64,000 bases of DNA from Octopus vulgaris (GCA_951406725.2 OX597823.1:60264001-60328000); one strand, 5' to 3'; numbered from the stretch's first letter, positions 40,756-54,989 are shown. Notes: generated by a model not told the origin, from the sequence alone. Translations and numbers: made by a program.

Positions 40756-40956
40756 CATATCAGTGGCCAGTCGAAATATACTCTAAATTAAAATGAGAAA
40801 AGAACATACCTACCAACATAAATACATACATACATACATAAATACATACATACATTCATACATACATACATACATACATCTTGACTTAGTGTATTCAAAA
40901 AGTGTCTTCTTTTATTTTAAAATGATAGAGTGGGATTCAAGGGTTGTTAAGCAACC

Positions 40957-41001
<45 letters not shown>

Positions 41002-41543
41002 TATAACATGTATGGGGAGGGTGCATGTATGTGTGTATTACCACCATATAAAAGCCTCCATACTGGCACCATGTAAAAGAAGCCAAAAGTACTCTATATT
41101 ATGTCAGATTGTCTGCAAGTGCTACTAATAACATGTAACTCCATACAACCTGTTGTCCGTTCAGGGCATCAATGGTTAAAATGGCAACCCCATCATGCTT
41201 GCTTGGTGTGTGTGTGTGTGTATGTATGGGGGCTGGTGATTTGAGGTACCCTGAAACATAAAATGCAAGACCTGTCAAATGGGGAATGAACTTAGAGGAG
41301 TCAGGTGACCAATCCAATAATATGTACATAAGCCTTTTAAGTGTGTTTGTATAATTTGCAGTATGTTTGTATTCTATTCAAATGAGGCAGAGAAGAAACA
41401 AGTAGCATTCATTTCCACAGTTTCAAGGTTAGCAGTAGTGATTGAACGGGGTGGAGTGGGGGCACCTGGTACAGATAATAAAATCCCATTGTGCAGACTT
41501 GGCAACTATGATACAGGGTAAATACTTGAAATAGTGTTTTATT

Positions 41544-41776
41544 TATTTCTTTATTGCCTACAAGGGGCTAAACATAGAGGGGACAAACAAGGACAGACAA
41601 AGGGATTAAGTCGATTAAATCGACCCCAGTGCGTAATTGGTACTTATTTAATCAACCCCAAAAGGATGAAAGGCAAAGTCGACCCCGGTGGAAATTGAAC
41701 TCAGGACGTAATGGCAGACGAAATACCGCTAAGCATTCCGCCCGGCGTGCTAATGTTTCTGCCAGCTTGCCGCCTT
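41544..41776 (-). mobile_element. SINE B, full length, with 23-bp TSD
   Basis: AATACTTGAAATAGTGTTTTATT at 41521-41543 and 41777-41799. Confidence 0.9.
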
Positions 41777-42285
41777 AATACTTGAAATAGTGTTTTATTG
41801 CCTATACTACATACCAAGTTAGATGATACTGCCAATGCTGGAGATCTCAGCTATTTTGCTAATCACTTGCATTCTCATACAAGCTTGTTTGTCTTGACTT
41901 TATCATACAACTGAGCATTTTTGTGTAAGACCAAGAATATGAGTCTGATGAGCACACAGCTCATTCTCACCAGAGAAAGAAACCTTGCACTAGTCAAGCA
42001 TCTGCCTAGACCAGAGGGTCACCAAACAGGTCTCACAGCAGGCCAGGTAACTGAGAGAAGCATAAGCGCAAGCTGTATAACCATTTTGTTCAATACAATA
42101 CAGTGAATACACAAAAAATAAAAACAGCCAACATTTATTTACCAAAAAGCTATCAAAGAAGGTGACATTAGCAATAAGATAGTTATACCACATCAAGTGA
42201 ACACATATCTGACCTCACAAACCAGGCAGCAAAAGAAGTTAGTGAGATTTGTGAAACTGGTGTTTAGCTTTTAAGATATCATAAA

Positions 42286-42810
42286 TACCATAAATCCTTG
42301 AGTTTAGTCCACCCTAGAGCATAATACGTAGGGGATTTTTAGGGAGTTGTACTTCTGAAAAACCTAAACCTTGTGTATAATACACACCCCTTCTCTAACT
42401 TGAGTCAAGGAGGTCTATATAACGTCCTTGATTTGTAAAAATGTATACGGTAACGTCCTTCATTATTATTGTATATATAACATTATGCAAACGTGTAGCT
42501 TTTTTGTGCATTTTGTTTGCAGAAAATAAAGAAATAACAGTAATAACAGTAATAACATTTAATAAATGTTGCTTATTGCAAGTTATGGATGATTCTTTTA
42601 TGACTTCATTGCTTTCAGGCTTAGCTTAAGGTATTTTTGCACCCTATATCACAAAATGCGTCTGAATAAACATTGCCAGACAGCACATAGTGACTCGGAC
42701 ACTGCTTAGAAAATATTTTTTATTTTTAACCTCGTATATAGTACGCACTAGGGATATTGACCTATAAATTTTGGGGAAAATATGTAGATTATACTCCAGG
42801 ATTTACGGTA
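42286..42810. mobile_element. Non-autonomous Tc2/pogo-type DNA transposon (MITE)
   Basis: TA-flanked TIRs: TACCATAAATCCTTGAGTTTAGTC vs right-end reverse complement TACCGTAAATCCTGGAGTATAATC. Confidence 0.7.
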
Positions 42811-43509
42811 TTTGCTTTGAAATTGCTGCATCCAGCCAAGAGAATTGCTTTCAAATGTTCATAAGTCACCCTCATTCGATGTGTTAACTTCACATACTTC
42901 AGTTTTGAAAATGTTTGCTCACAGACATAAATTGTTTCAAACACAGATACCATACCAGAGACAAATGAACACTAATTGCAGGTAATTACACAAAAGGTAC
43001 AGTGCAGTGGAGGGCCGGATGAACTGACCTTACAGGCCATAGTTTGGTGACCTCTCTGGGCTAGACCATTATCAAAATCTTACTGTATTCCGTCATATTT
43101 TTGCATTTATTGATTCATGGGTACATAGATGAAGTATCAGTTCCTGCTGTATGAGTGTTTAAAAGATTTTATCAATGAGAATGATGCAGAGTAGATGTAT
43201 GCACATGCACACACATACAGTATATACATATATTTATTACATAGATGCACAAATGTATGCATATATCTATGCAAGCATATTTTTATACACATACATGGCT
43301 AGTATATATATATGTATAATATCCGGTGTTGGTGTGTTTATGTACTCATAACTTAGCAGTTTGGTAAAAGAAACTGATTGGATAAGGTTTTAAAATGTTA
43401 AGGTACAAGGTTTAAAAATATTCTGGGGTCGATTTGTTTGACTAAAACCCTTCAAAGCAGTGCTCCAGTATGGCTGCAGTAAAATGACTGAAACAAGTAA
43501 AAGAATAAA

Positions 43510-43603
<94 letters not shown>

Positions 43604-43640
43604 GATAGATAGATACATGAGTATATGTATGTATTTATAT

Positions 43641-43694
<54 letters not shown>

Positions 43695-44102
43695 GTATGT
43701 ATACATATATGTGTGTATGTGTGTGTATGTATGTATATATATATATATATATGTAACACACACAGTACATACATGTCTGTGTGTGTTTGTAGGCCAATGT
43801 GCGTTTGTACATATACACAGCTACTACAATAATATGCATTAACTCATCTTTAAATTTCGATATTGTTGTATGCATATGTACAGGCATAATATATACACAT
43901 GTGTGTGTGTGTTTGCATGTGTGTGTTTGTATGTATGCGTGCATGTTAGTATGTATGTGTGTGTATGCATACGTATGTATCTATCTAGAAATGTTTTTTT
44001 ATATAAATATGCACGTATCCTGCATGTCTGCGTATGTTTATGTATGGTGCACATGTGTCTGTGCATGAGAGAAAATAAGCAATGAATACAAACGCACAGA
44101 GA

Positions 44103-44133
<31 letters not shown>

Positions 44134-44776
44134 GAAGAGATAAAAAGAGAAAGAGAGAGAGGGGAAAAGAGAGAAAGGAAGAGAAGGAGGGAGCCGCCAA
44201 CTTCCCAATAAAGATGTTTAGCTAATAAAAGCTGTTATTCAGCATCCCTACTTGAAATCATCACAGGAACTCTCACATATTCCGGAAATGTATTATGTCA
44301 GCTAATTTTTTTTTGTTTTCTCCTTTTATATTTTTCTTTCTCTTTATCTGTTTTACCAATATCCAACAGAGTGTGCATGTCCATAGGTGATATGCAGCTA
44401 TGTGCATCACTAACAAACAAAAAAATTATAACCAAAGCAAAGCTGCAAATATGTCGGTGCAGGTTTTATATAATTATATTTTTTCTATTTTTAGTTTTAG
44501 TTTTTTTTTGTTTTTATATATACTTTTTTTTTGTTTTTTATATATACTTTTTTTTTTAGTTTTGGATGATTTGATGAACATTTTGTATTTTGACAGCAAG
44601 AAGTTGTGCAGTTTGACGTCTGAATATCAGCAATTGCTTTTGCTGGTTTTTGTATATGCTTTTTTTTAGTTCTTGTTGTTGTTGTTTGTATTTTTTTTAA
44701 CTATTTGAGCATCCCATAGCAAATGCTCTGTTTTTGTTTTTTTTTTATCATTGCATGTTTTTTACTGTTCATTCAG

Positions 44777-44837
44777 GAAGAGAAGACCCATGCTGCTGGA
44801 GGTGGAGGCAGAGGTGGGAGTCATGGGTCCAAATCTG
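44777..44837 (+). other. Candidate exon (GC/purine-rich island; alternative donor at 44902)
   Basis: Long T-rich tract, TGCATG at 44752, TTCAG acceptor, CTG|GTAGGA donor; open in all frames to the first donor. Confidence 0.35.
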
Positions 44838-45056
44838 GTAGGAAACAGTCTGAATGAAGCTTGGAACAGAGTGAAATCCACTAAAGACTGATCGGGAATG
44901 AGGTGACGGTGTTAAACTGGATAGCTGACTAACCATTTAGCATTTAATCTAGTCATATCCAACCCAACTCTTTTATGTTAAAACTGGCCAGATCCAGCCT
45001 CTCACACCGACTCTGCAATGTCATTCTAAAAATAAACAATTGCATCATTGAAATCT

Positions 45057-45268
45057 TATTTCTTTACTGCCCACAAGGGATTACATACAGAGGGGACAAA
45101 CAAGGACAGATTATATCAACCCCAGTGCGTAACTGGTACTTAATTAATCAACTCCAAAAAGATGAAAGGCAAAGTCGAGCTCGGTGGAATTTGAACTCAG
45201 AATATAAAGACAGACAAAATACAAAGTATTTCACCCTGCATGCTAACGCTTCTGCCAGCTCACCACCT
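45057..45268 (-). mobile_element. SINE B with 10-bp TSD ATTGAAATCT
   Basis: Family core plus flanking direct repeat. Confidence 0.8.
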
Positions 45269-45819
45269 ATTGAAATCTCAAAGCTATGAGATAATACGTG
45301 GTTAATTCAAAGCAATGTGAATAAATAAACATTACATTCGACAGAATAATCTGAATGGTGAAAGGTAAAGTCTATTAAGTAATTGTTGATGATGTTATGT
45401 ATATAGCTTGGTCAGTTCTGATCTAACACATCTGAATATTCTTCTAGCCATCGCTCATTGTCTCTCTTCTCTTTTTTTTTTTTTGGTTAAAAAGAGACGA
45501 TGAGCAATGGCTAGAAGAATATTGAGCTTTATTTGATAACCAGCTGATCTAACAAGCAGGGCCCCATATCAGTGAGAGGGGGCCGGTGCGCATTGATGAC
45601 GTTGAGAGGTAGGCCCTGAAACAGCACGCATTCTCTCCTGATGACCCCATACACTTGCTGGCTTCCGGTATGCAGAGTTTTACCCTAGTTATGCTCCTCC
45701 CCATCAACAAACAATTTGTTTTCTTTTTCAAATTGCTGCAATCGTGATGCATTTTGTGATACTGCACTAGATATCCATGCCCGACCCCCCACCCCATCCC
45801 CCATTCTTTCTGCCAATTA

Positions 45820-46370
45820 GCTTTGATAGATTCTCAGTTTCTTGTTGTGTGTCTCCACCAATAATATCAATGTAGTCAAATAGTCTTCATCTTCTATTAG
45901 TGTGTGACAGCCTCTAAAAAAGAAATATAACACCAACACCTGATATGGGCTTTTGTTCAGCATGATAGCAGTGGCCAGCAAATGGTAATTTGCATGGAGC
46001 ACCAATAAAGGAAATGGGTGGGATGTGTCCATAAATCTCTTGTATGGTCTTGTTTTGTTGATGTTAGTTGTTTTGAGCTCTCATGAGAAGCCTAGTGCAT
46101 GTAACATCATCGAAGCAACCTTGAAGTTCTTATTTAAATTCCAGCTTTCAGCTCCATAGACAGCAATGCTTACTACATATGAAATACTTGCTCACCAGAT
46201 TCAGATGTTCTGAAATCTGTTACAAAAACTCTAGACTTATCCCTTGCAAATCAGAAGATCTTTCTTACTATCCTAAAAGATTTTCTGCACACACCCAAAC
46301 ATTTCTTGTTCAAATCTACAGCAGATATCCATTGAGCATTTGGGCAATGCAATTAAGTTTGCATGCTTCA
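45820..46370 (-). mobile_element. Highly decayed LINE (APE endonuclease region, RTE-like)
   Basis: Only weak motif remnants recognised by eye. Confidence 0.3.
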
Positions 46371-46634
46371 TTTAGATAACAGAAGAAGATAACAAATTTT
46401 CTGAAAAAGTTACCTCGTATATACTGGTATCTTTTCCAAGGCTATATTAGAAGACATATGCCCATGGGACCATGCAATGCACAGTGCGACAGAACTCAAA
46501 CCCACATGGTTAAGAAGCAGTCATAGATGCACCTGTATATGTGTGTGTGTGTGTATCAAATATAATTAAAGGATAAAATCATAAAAACTTTTATCAGTGG
46601 CCAGCATATAAATAGACCTTTTTAGGTAAATTCA

Positions 46635-46960
46635 TATATAGAGATTTATAATAGTATAAAATGCAATTATAATAAAGGGTAAAGAGACTTCTGCGCCCAT
46701 ATGCTGAAGATAGATGTTAAATCTGCCTAACCACTCCGAATCATCACTTTATAATTTACAAATGTTGAAAGCAATGAAGTAGACTGACAGAAATTCATAA
46801 AATAAGTCAGAGAGTTTTGGATTGACCAATTTCTGGATTAGTTTAATAACTTTTCCTTCATGATGGTTAGATGAATTTAGTATCTATCTTTAGCATATAG
46901 GCACAGAAGTGTCTGTGATCTTAATTATAATTGTATTTTATACTGTTATAAATCTATATA
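46635..46960. mobile_element. Diverged inverted repeat (about 100-bp arms, 130-bp spacer), PLE-like, in TA/TG tract
   Basis: 46635-46733 vs 46864-46960. Confidence 0.6.
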
Positions 46961-46984
46961 AATATATATATATATATATACATT

Positions 46985-47513
46985 ACCGGCGACATGTAAA
47001 AAGCACCAACTGATCATGGCCTTTTGCCAGCCTCCTCTGGCCCCTGTGCCGGTGGCATGTAAAAAGCACCCATTACACTCATGGAGTGGTTGGCGTTAGG
47101 AAGGGCATCCAGCCATAGAAACACTGCCAGATCAGACTGGGCCTGGTGCAGCCTTCTGGCTTCCCAGACCCCAGTTGAACCGTCCAACCCATGCTAGCAT
47201 GGAAAGCGGACGCTAAATAATGATGATGATGATGATGATATATAGATTTATATCTATCTATATATATATATATATATATATATTTCTTTACTACCCACAA
47301 GGGGCTAAACACAGAGGGGACAAACAAGGACAGACGAACGGATTAAGTCGATTATATCGACCCCAGTGCGTAACTGGTACTTAATTTATCGACCCCGAAA
47401 GGATGAAAGGCAAAGTCGACCTCAGCGGAATTTGAACCCAGAACGTAACGGCAGACGAAATACGGCTACGCATTTCGCCCGGCGTGCTAATGTTTCCGCA
47501 AGCTCACCGCCTT
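46985..47513. mobile_element. SINE C (+, 46985-47240) and young SINE B (-, 47281-47513)
   Basis: Match to the copies at 28250 and 41544. Confidence 0.85.
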
Positions 47514-48140
47514 CTATATATATATATATAGGTTTATGTGTGTGTCAGTGAATGTACATGTGTCAGTGTGTATGTGTGTCTGTGTGTGTGTGTGTCAGTG
47601 TATATATATATGTAGTGTGGGTGGTGTGCTTTTAGATGAACTTAATCCCCAGAGCAAGCTCAATATCCCTACGTACAATTTTCAGCACTTCATATATTTC
47701 GCACATGCTATCAGTAAAATCAGTGAAGCTAACCTTATCTATATTCATACATACCTATCAATAGCTAATGGACACTAACGATTATTAATAGCGGTGGCAG
47801 AAAATACATGCTTGAGACATTTGATTCCCTTTATTTTACCTGCAATACAATCATAGAGTTATATCTGGGGTTGTTTACAGACATACACAGTTAAATGTTA
47901 AATTATGCATAAGGAATATCTCTCAGTATGTATACATATATATGTCTGTGTGTGCATGTGTATATAAACACATACACACACATCTATGTGTATATATATG
48001 TGTGTGTGCTTCCATGTGTGTGTACATACCTATATGCGTGTGTGTGTGTGTATATATTATACATGTGTATCCATATACATGTGTATGCATTCATACACAT
48101 ATATATATGTATTTATATATATGTCATTACACATTCATTC

Positions 48141-49373
48141 TATTGGGTTGGCAAGAAAGTAATTTCGTTTTTTGCTAATAAATAGAGTTACAGTTTTTTT
48201 TAATGACTTTTGTCAAGGTTATGAATTTTTCCTTTTAACATTTGATAGCCTTTACTTTTGGCTTACTTTAGAAGTAAATTGTGTGTAATTTTGTTTACAG
48301 CTGTTAGTTCAGTGTTAATTTTAACATGGAGTGCAAAGATGGACATTTTCGCCATATTTTGCTTTTATATTTCTGTAAAGGCAAGAAAGCTGCTAAGGTT
48401 CACAAAGAGATATGTGGAGTTTATAGTGTTTATTGCTTAACAGAATGCTCATGTTAGAAACGGTTTAAAAAGTTCCATTCTGGAGATTTTTCACTCAAAA
48501 ATGACCAACGTTCTGGTTGACCTACTGAAACTGATGATGACCGAATCAAAGCCATAATTGAATCTGATTGTCATATAACTGTGTGAGAGACTTCAGAGAG
48601 GCTAAATGTATCACACACAAAAATTGAAAATCACATAAAATATCTTGGACTCGTTAAGAAGCTCGATATTTGGATTCCACATAAATTGAAAGCGATTCAC
48701 TTAACACAATGAATCAATATTTGCGAAGTGCATGAAAGATGGATTGTCTACAATAACATCAATTGTAAAGCTACCAATCGTAATGAACCAGCACAAACCA
48801 CATTGAAAGCTGAATTGCATCAAAAAAGGTCATGTTGTCAATTTGGTGGGCTTACAAAGGTATTGTGTATTTTGAGCTGCTTCCAAGGAACCAAGCGACC
48901 AATTCAGATGTTTACTGTCAACAACTAATGAAACTGGTGGAAGCAACCAAAGAAAAATGGCTAGAATTGGCAAATCATAAAGAAATCATGTTCCACCATG
49001 ACAACGCTAGACCACATACATCTTTGCTAACTCATGAAATGTCATTGGAGCTTGGTTGGGAAAAGATGCCACATCCACCATATAGCGCTGGTCTTTCACC
49101 ATCAGATTACCATTTATTTCAAAATTTGCAAAATTCCTTGAATGGTAAAACTTTCAATAATGAGGATGACCTGAAGTCACACTTCCTTCAGTTTTTGGTT
49201 GGTAAGGACCAGAAGTTCTATAAACACAGGATCATGAAGTTGCCAGATAGATGACAAAAGGTTATCAAATAAAATGGAAAATATATAATTGATTGAAGTT
49301 CATTCTTTGTATGACAATAATTTACTTTTATTTCACACTAAAAAACCGAAATTACTTTCTTGCCAACCCAATA
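48141..49373 (+). mobile_element. Near full-length mariner, mellifera-subfamily-like; transposase pseudogene at about 48326-49296
   Basis: TIRs TATTGGGTTGGCAAGAAAGTAATTTCG at both ends; MECKDGHFRHILLLYF..., WIPHKL, FHHDNARPHTS, HPPYSAGLSPSDYHLF; in-frame stops and loss of the first catalytic-D segment. Confidence 0.95.
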
Positions 49374-49914
49374 TTCATAGCTTTCAATACTGATTTGTAT
49401 ATATTTATATTACACACATGTATGTATTTGCATAAGCATGTATATTCATGCAGTCACATCAACATTTATATACATATATCAAGTGACTCACACACACACA
49501 CAAGCACTGCATGCATACACACACATGCATGCACACACATGCATGTGCACACATTGTAATTAGATAGAAATCTATGCTCATTTTCCAATATATACATTCT
49601 TAGGACATGTATCAGCTTGTTTTCATATGTATGCCATTATAATAAACCAGTTAGCAATTGATGTATTATCATCAACCTAGCTTAATTAATCATTCTTTCA
49701 GTGACTAATTAATTAATAATTGTCAAATATTACAAAAAGATTTATATTTCTACATTTATAAATGATTTATCACTCTTATTAATACTCAGGTTTGTATCAA
49801 CTTGCAAGCGCATCATTTTATAATTCTGTATTTGTGTTGTTTAACCCTAGGTCATCTCTGACTGAGATGAGCTTTGATCAAAAAAGCTTCGGCTATCCTG
49901 TGTTGTTTTATTTT

Positions 49915-51140
49915 TTTACTCTTTCACTTATTTCAGTCATTTGACTGTGGCCATGCTGTAGCACTGCTTTAAAGAGTTTTTTAGTTGAAGAAATTGACCC
50001 CATGACTTATTCTTTGAAAGCATAGTACTAATTCTATCAGTTTCTTTTACTGAACCAATAAGTTATGGCGGTGTAAGCACAGCAACATCAGTTGTCTAGC
50101 AGTGATGGGGGTGGATAAACACAGACACAAAACACATACTCATAAATATATACATATAAATACATGATGGGCTTCTTTCAGTTTCTCTCAACCAAATCCA
50201 CTCACAAAGCTCTGGTCGGCCCGAGGCTATAGTAGAAGACACTTGCCCAAGGTGCCATGCAGTGGGACTGAACCCAGAACCATGAGGTTAGGAAGTAAGC
50301 GTCTTACCATACAACCATTCTTTGTTTTGTTTTTTTTAACTTTTTTAACTATCATTATCTATTGTGCTCTTCTTTTTTCTTTTTATTTAAGAAAGTAGGA
50401 ATTTTACTACAAGGAGATCTGGCTTCTAAATCTAGCACATAGTGTGGCTATGAAGCTGTTCTGGTGTTGGTTAATCTACACATGATGGTGTCATGATTCC
50501 TGGCATCTCCTGAATAATTCTTCCTTCATTCTACCTCCTCTTAGTCTTCAAAACACAAAAGTAAAATATCTTACAAAAGAGAATGAGAATCAGTTTTCTA
50601 AAAGAGCATTCCCCAATCTTTTTTGAAACATGGACCATTTTCCTGTAACATAATTTTTCCAGTGTAGGATATCACATACATAACAAAATACAATAAAGTG
50701 CATGTAAAATAATTTACATTTTAATGCATATATATAGGTGCAGGCATAGCTGTGTGGTAAAAAGCTTGCTTCCCAGCCACATATTTCTGGGTCCAGTCCC
50801 TCTGTGTGACACCTTGGGCAAGTGCCTTCTACTATAGCCTCAGGCCTACCAAAGCCTTGTGAGTGGATTTGGTAGACGGAAACTGAAAAAAGCCCATCGT
50901 GTATATATATATGTATATATATGTGTGTATGTATATGTTTGTGTGTCTGTATTTGTCCCCCCAACATTGCTTGACAACCATGGTGGTGTGTTTATGTCCC
51001 CGTTACTTAGCAGTTTGGGAAGAGAGACCGATAGAATAAGTACTAGGCTTACAAAGAATAAGTCCTGGGGTCGACTTGCTCAATTAAAGGCAGTGCTCCA
51101 GCATAGCTGCAGTCAAATGACTGAAACAAGTAAAAAGAGA
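49915..51140. mobile_element. Head-to-head SINE A pair (49915-50320 minus; 50735-51140 plus)
   Basis: Both match the consensus, in opposite orientation. Confidence 0.85.
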
Positions 51141-52922
51141 TTATAAGACGCCAGTTCTTTTCATTGTAATGCCTCACTTTCCTAACTAGTTTCAAATTTT
51201 GGCATAAGCCTGGCAAATTTGTGGGAAGGGGTTGAGTTGATTATATTGATCCCAGTGCTCAACTGATACTTATTTTATCGACTCCAAAAGGATGAAAGAC
51301 AAGGTCAACTTTGGTAGACTTTGAACTCAGAACATAAAGATAGATGAAACGCCACTAAGCATTTTCGCCAGCATGTTTATGATTCTGCCAGCTCATCACC
51401 TCAATCTCAATTGCTAATAAAAATATCAACATTTAGTTTTCAACCCTGTTGTCTTGTGTTCAAGTGCTGGTTTAACCATCTTTTATCAGTAATATTCTGG
51501 GTTGATTCAGTCAATTATAGTCTACCTTTATAAAATAATAAGCCTTTAACTTGTAGAAAATAAACTAACATTTTTTATATTGTAAGTTAAGGAGAGGCAA
51601 ATATACATACATACATACATACATACATACATACACTCAATCACACAATGATATCTGTGCACACACACACACACATTAATACAGTTGTGTATATATGAGC
51701 AAAAGTGTATGGTTTAGTGTGGGTATATATATATGTGTGTGTGCGTGTATTTATATGATATGTGTGTATATATAATATGTGTGTGTGTTTTTATATATAT
51801 ATTATATATATTATATATACATATATATATGTGTGCTAAATAAGTATGTGGTTTAGTGTGTGTGTGTATATATATGTGTGTGTGTTTGTATATATATATA
51901 TGTATTATATTGTATTAGATATTATATATATTATGTCTTATATATACATATATATAGGTGTGTTATATTAAATATTTTATATATATCTGTATTGTATTAT
52001 ATATTATATATATATATTTATGTATGAGTATACAGAGAGAGAAAGAGAATCGTGTGTATGTATAGGACATTTTTTAAATCTTCTTCATCACGGTGATATT
52101 TTTCTCTATAGATCTATATCATGTATATCACCTTGTTAACACAGGATAACTGTATTGTGATATAGCATGCATGTTTGATGCTAGTTATGTATGTGAAAAA
52201 ACCAAAAAAAAAAAAAGGAAAGTAAAATCTATGAATGGTTGTTGCTTCTGTAGACTCTCTGGCTTACTGAGGCAGAGGAAATTACTTTGAAAAATGCTTT
52301 TTTATACACTGTTTTCCTTATCTAATTCATAATGTTCTTTCTTCTCTTTGATATTTTAATCTCCGAACATTCTGATGCCATATTTCTAGATAACGTCAGT
52401 GCTGCTTAATATCTCAGCCATTCACACTCTGTCAGCTTGCAAATGATGTATAAACTTGCTGAGCCACTAAATTTCCTATTATGCTTTCTATTCAGAAATT
52501 TAGGCTCAAAAATTCTTCGATTGTATTGTTAATTTTTTTCTTCCTTTATAATTTTTTTTTTTGGTATTTTTTTTCTTGTTCATTGTTATTGTATTTCTTG
52601 TTTTGTGGTTGGAGTTGTTGCTTTGTTGTAATTGTTTCAGTTGTTGTTGTTATTCTTGTTGTTGTCATTGTTTAATAAAGCTGCTAAAATTTGAAAAGCA
52701 CTTTATACCTTGAAATGAATCAAAAATAATACCTTCAGTAAAACAAGACTTGAAATATATATTATATATATATATTTGTGCATGTATATTTTTATATACC
52801 TCGTATATATTTAAATATACACACACACACACACATATATATGAATGCATGTATGTTTGTAAGTATATAGATGTTCGTATTATATATACATCATATATAT
52901 ATATATATGAGTATATTTGTGT

Positions 52923-52984
<62 letters not shown>

Positions 52985-52992
52985 GTATATAC

Positions 52993-53025
<33 letters not shown>

Positions 53026-53992
53026 TACATATAGATACATATATATACATATATATCTACATATATACACATAAAATATATATATGTATATGTATTTATA
53101 AATCTATGTATGTATATGTTTATGTGTGTATGTATATATATATGTATGTATATATCCATATATATTATATTACATACATATATTAAATCATATATTACAT
53201 TATATTATATATATATATGATATGTATGTATATATAAGCAAATAGATAAAAACCTTCAAAAATGTTTTGATAAATTTAGTTAAATGAATAATATAGATAT
53301 ATTGGGAGAAAGGGGGTGAGGGAACAAGAGCATAAAGATGAAAATTATTCCCAAGACCATAAAAGGAATTTCATGCTTGTTTAGATATTTTAATATCATA
53401 TTTCGCTAAATATTACTTTTTTAACAATGAATTCAAACAATAAATCTTTGAGAGGTATTTCTGTCGGAATTTTCATCTCCTATTAACTTAACATTTGTTT
53501 TTAATATGTTTTCTGACCATCAAAAATAAAATATTTTTCCGCTTTGTTTTTGGTTATTTATTTCATTTGTTATTATCTTTATTTATTTGTTTTCAAAATT
53601 TGAAATTTTTTTTATTTTTTAATGTATGAGAAATTAAAGTATATCTACAAAAAACGTTTTTTTTTATTTTATTTTCAAATTTTATTTTATACATTTCAAG
53701 GATTTTCTATAAACGAGAATATTAAAACTGCATTAATACAAATGTTGTAACACTTATCAAAATAATTCGAAATAGCTCTGATCTCTAGGGGTGCTCCTAT
53801 CATCTTAATCATTTAATCATCATTCGCATAGTATATGTCATTGTAAATCTAAATTGTTGAAAAACCCTTCTTAATGCTAACCAATCAACTGTGAAAAGAA
53901 AGTGACACATATTTTAATAGTAGGTAGAGGAGGGCAGGGTGAGAAAAGTCATGTGACTTGTTAAAGAGGAATAATAAGAGAAATAGCATTAC

Positions 53993-54062
53993 CATTGTTT
54001 GAACATACAAACATGTAGTTTGGAATTCAGGAACTGTACTTCTTGTGTATATTTCTTTGGTA
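53993..54062 (-). other. Candidate 70-nt minus-strand exon
   Basis: CCTAATC branch-like motif, TTTTTCTAG acceptor, ATG|GTAATG donor; two open frames (PKKYTQEVQFLNSKLHVCMFKQ or TKEIYTRSTVPEFQTTCLYVQTM). Confidence 0.25.
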
Positions 54063-54118
54063 CTAGAAAAATGTATGATGATTAGGATTTCGGCAGAGTA
54101 TAAGAAATAAAAATAGAC

Positions 54119-54350
54119 ATCATCATCATCCTCATCCTTCTCATCATCATCATCATCATCATCATCAATATCATCGTTGTCATCGTCATCCTCCTCATCA
54201 TCATCGTTGTCGTTGTCGCCGTAATCACTATTTTCATCGTCGTCATTATCATCGTTGTCATCATCATCATCAGTGTTGTTGTCTTCATCATCATCATAAT
54301 CATCATCATCATCATTATCATCAACATTATCTTCATCAACCTCATCAACG
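54119..54350. repeat. (CAT/CGT)n trinucleotide tract
   Basis: Direct inspection. Confidence 0.95.
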
Positions 54351-54630
54351 ATTTTGATGTTTATTTTCAATGTTAAGACAGTAAGTCAGAATCGCAATAC
54401 AACATTGTTTCATCCGTTATAACCCACTATCATCTCATTTATGTTTTTCATGGTTTAGTTTAAAGAACTAGGGACAGTGCTCATGTAAAGAGTCAGGCAA
54501 AATGCTAACTGGTATTTCTTTTGGCTCTATGTGTTCTGGGTTCAAATTCTACCAAGGTCAATTTTGCCTTCCATCTTTTCAGGGTTGATAAAATAGGTAC
54601 CAGTTATCATTGTTATTATTATTATTATTA

Positions 54631-54665
<35 letters not shown>

Positions 54666-54668
<3 letters not shown>

Positions 54669-54824
54669 TAGTTTTATTTTTATAGTGTGCTTTCACTTCA
54701 CTACCGAGCGCAGCTCTGTGTGCCTTGGGTATGTGCTGTGATTTGTTGTGATGCTCTGATGGTTATTGTATGGAAAGTGTTCTGCGTAGGATGTGTGCAG
54801 TGCCTAGTAGTGCAATTTTCTGTA

Positions 54825-54826
<2 letters not shown>
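54666..54826 (-). mobile_element. R4/Dong 3' tip embedded in (TAA)n
   Basis: IQKIALLGTAHILRRTLSIQ* plus 3' UTR, with (TAA)n on both sides. Confidence 0.8.
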
Positions 54827-54881
<55 letters not shown>

Positions 54882-54888
54882 CATTATG

Positions 54889-54942
<54 letters not shown>

Positions 54943-54957
54943 GTTATTATTGTTATT

Positions 54958-54988
<31 letters not shown>

Positions 54989-54989
54989 C

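Noticed and set aside
48832-49254. 140-aa transposase ORF as a functional or domesticated gene
   Set aside because: Only a fragment of a mariner with upstream stops, frameshifts and a deleted catalytic segment.
52250-52750. Possible long-range pairing (TTACTGA/TCAGTAA), and 53336/53468
   Set aside because: Only 7-11 bp in very AT-rich DNA; expected by chance.
53885-54370. Acidic poly-Asp ORF (also 26858 and 35739) and poly-His ORF at 56931
   Set aside because: Trinucleotide microsatellites without splice or domain support.
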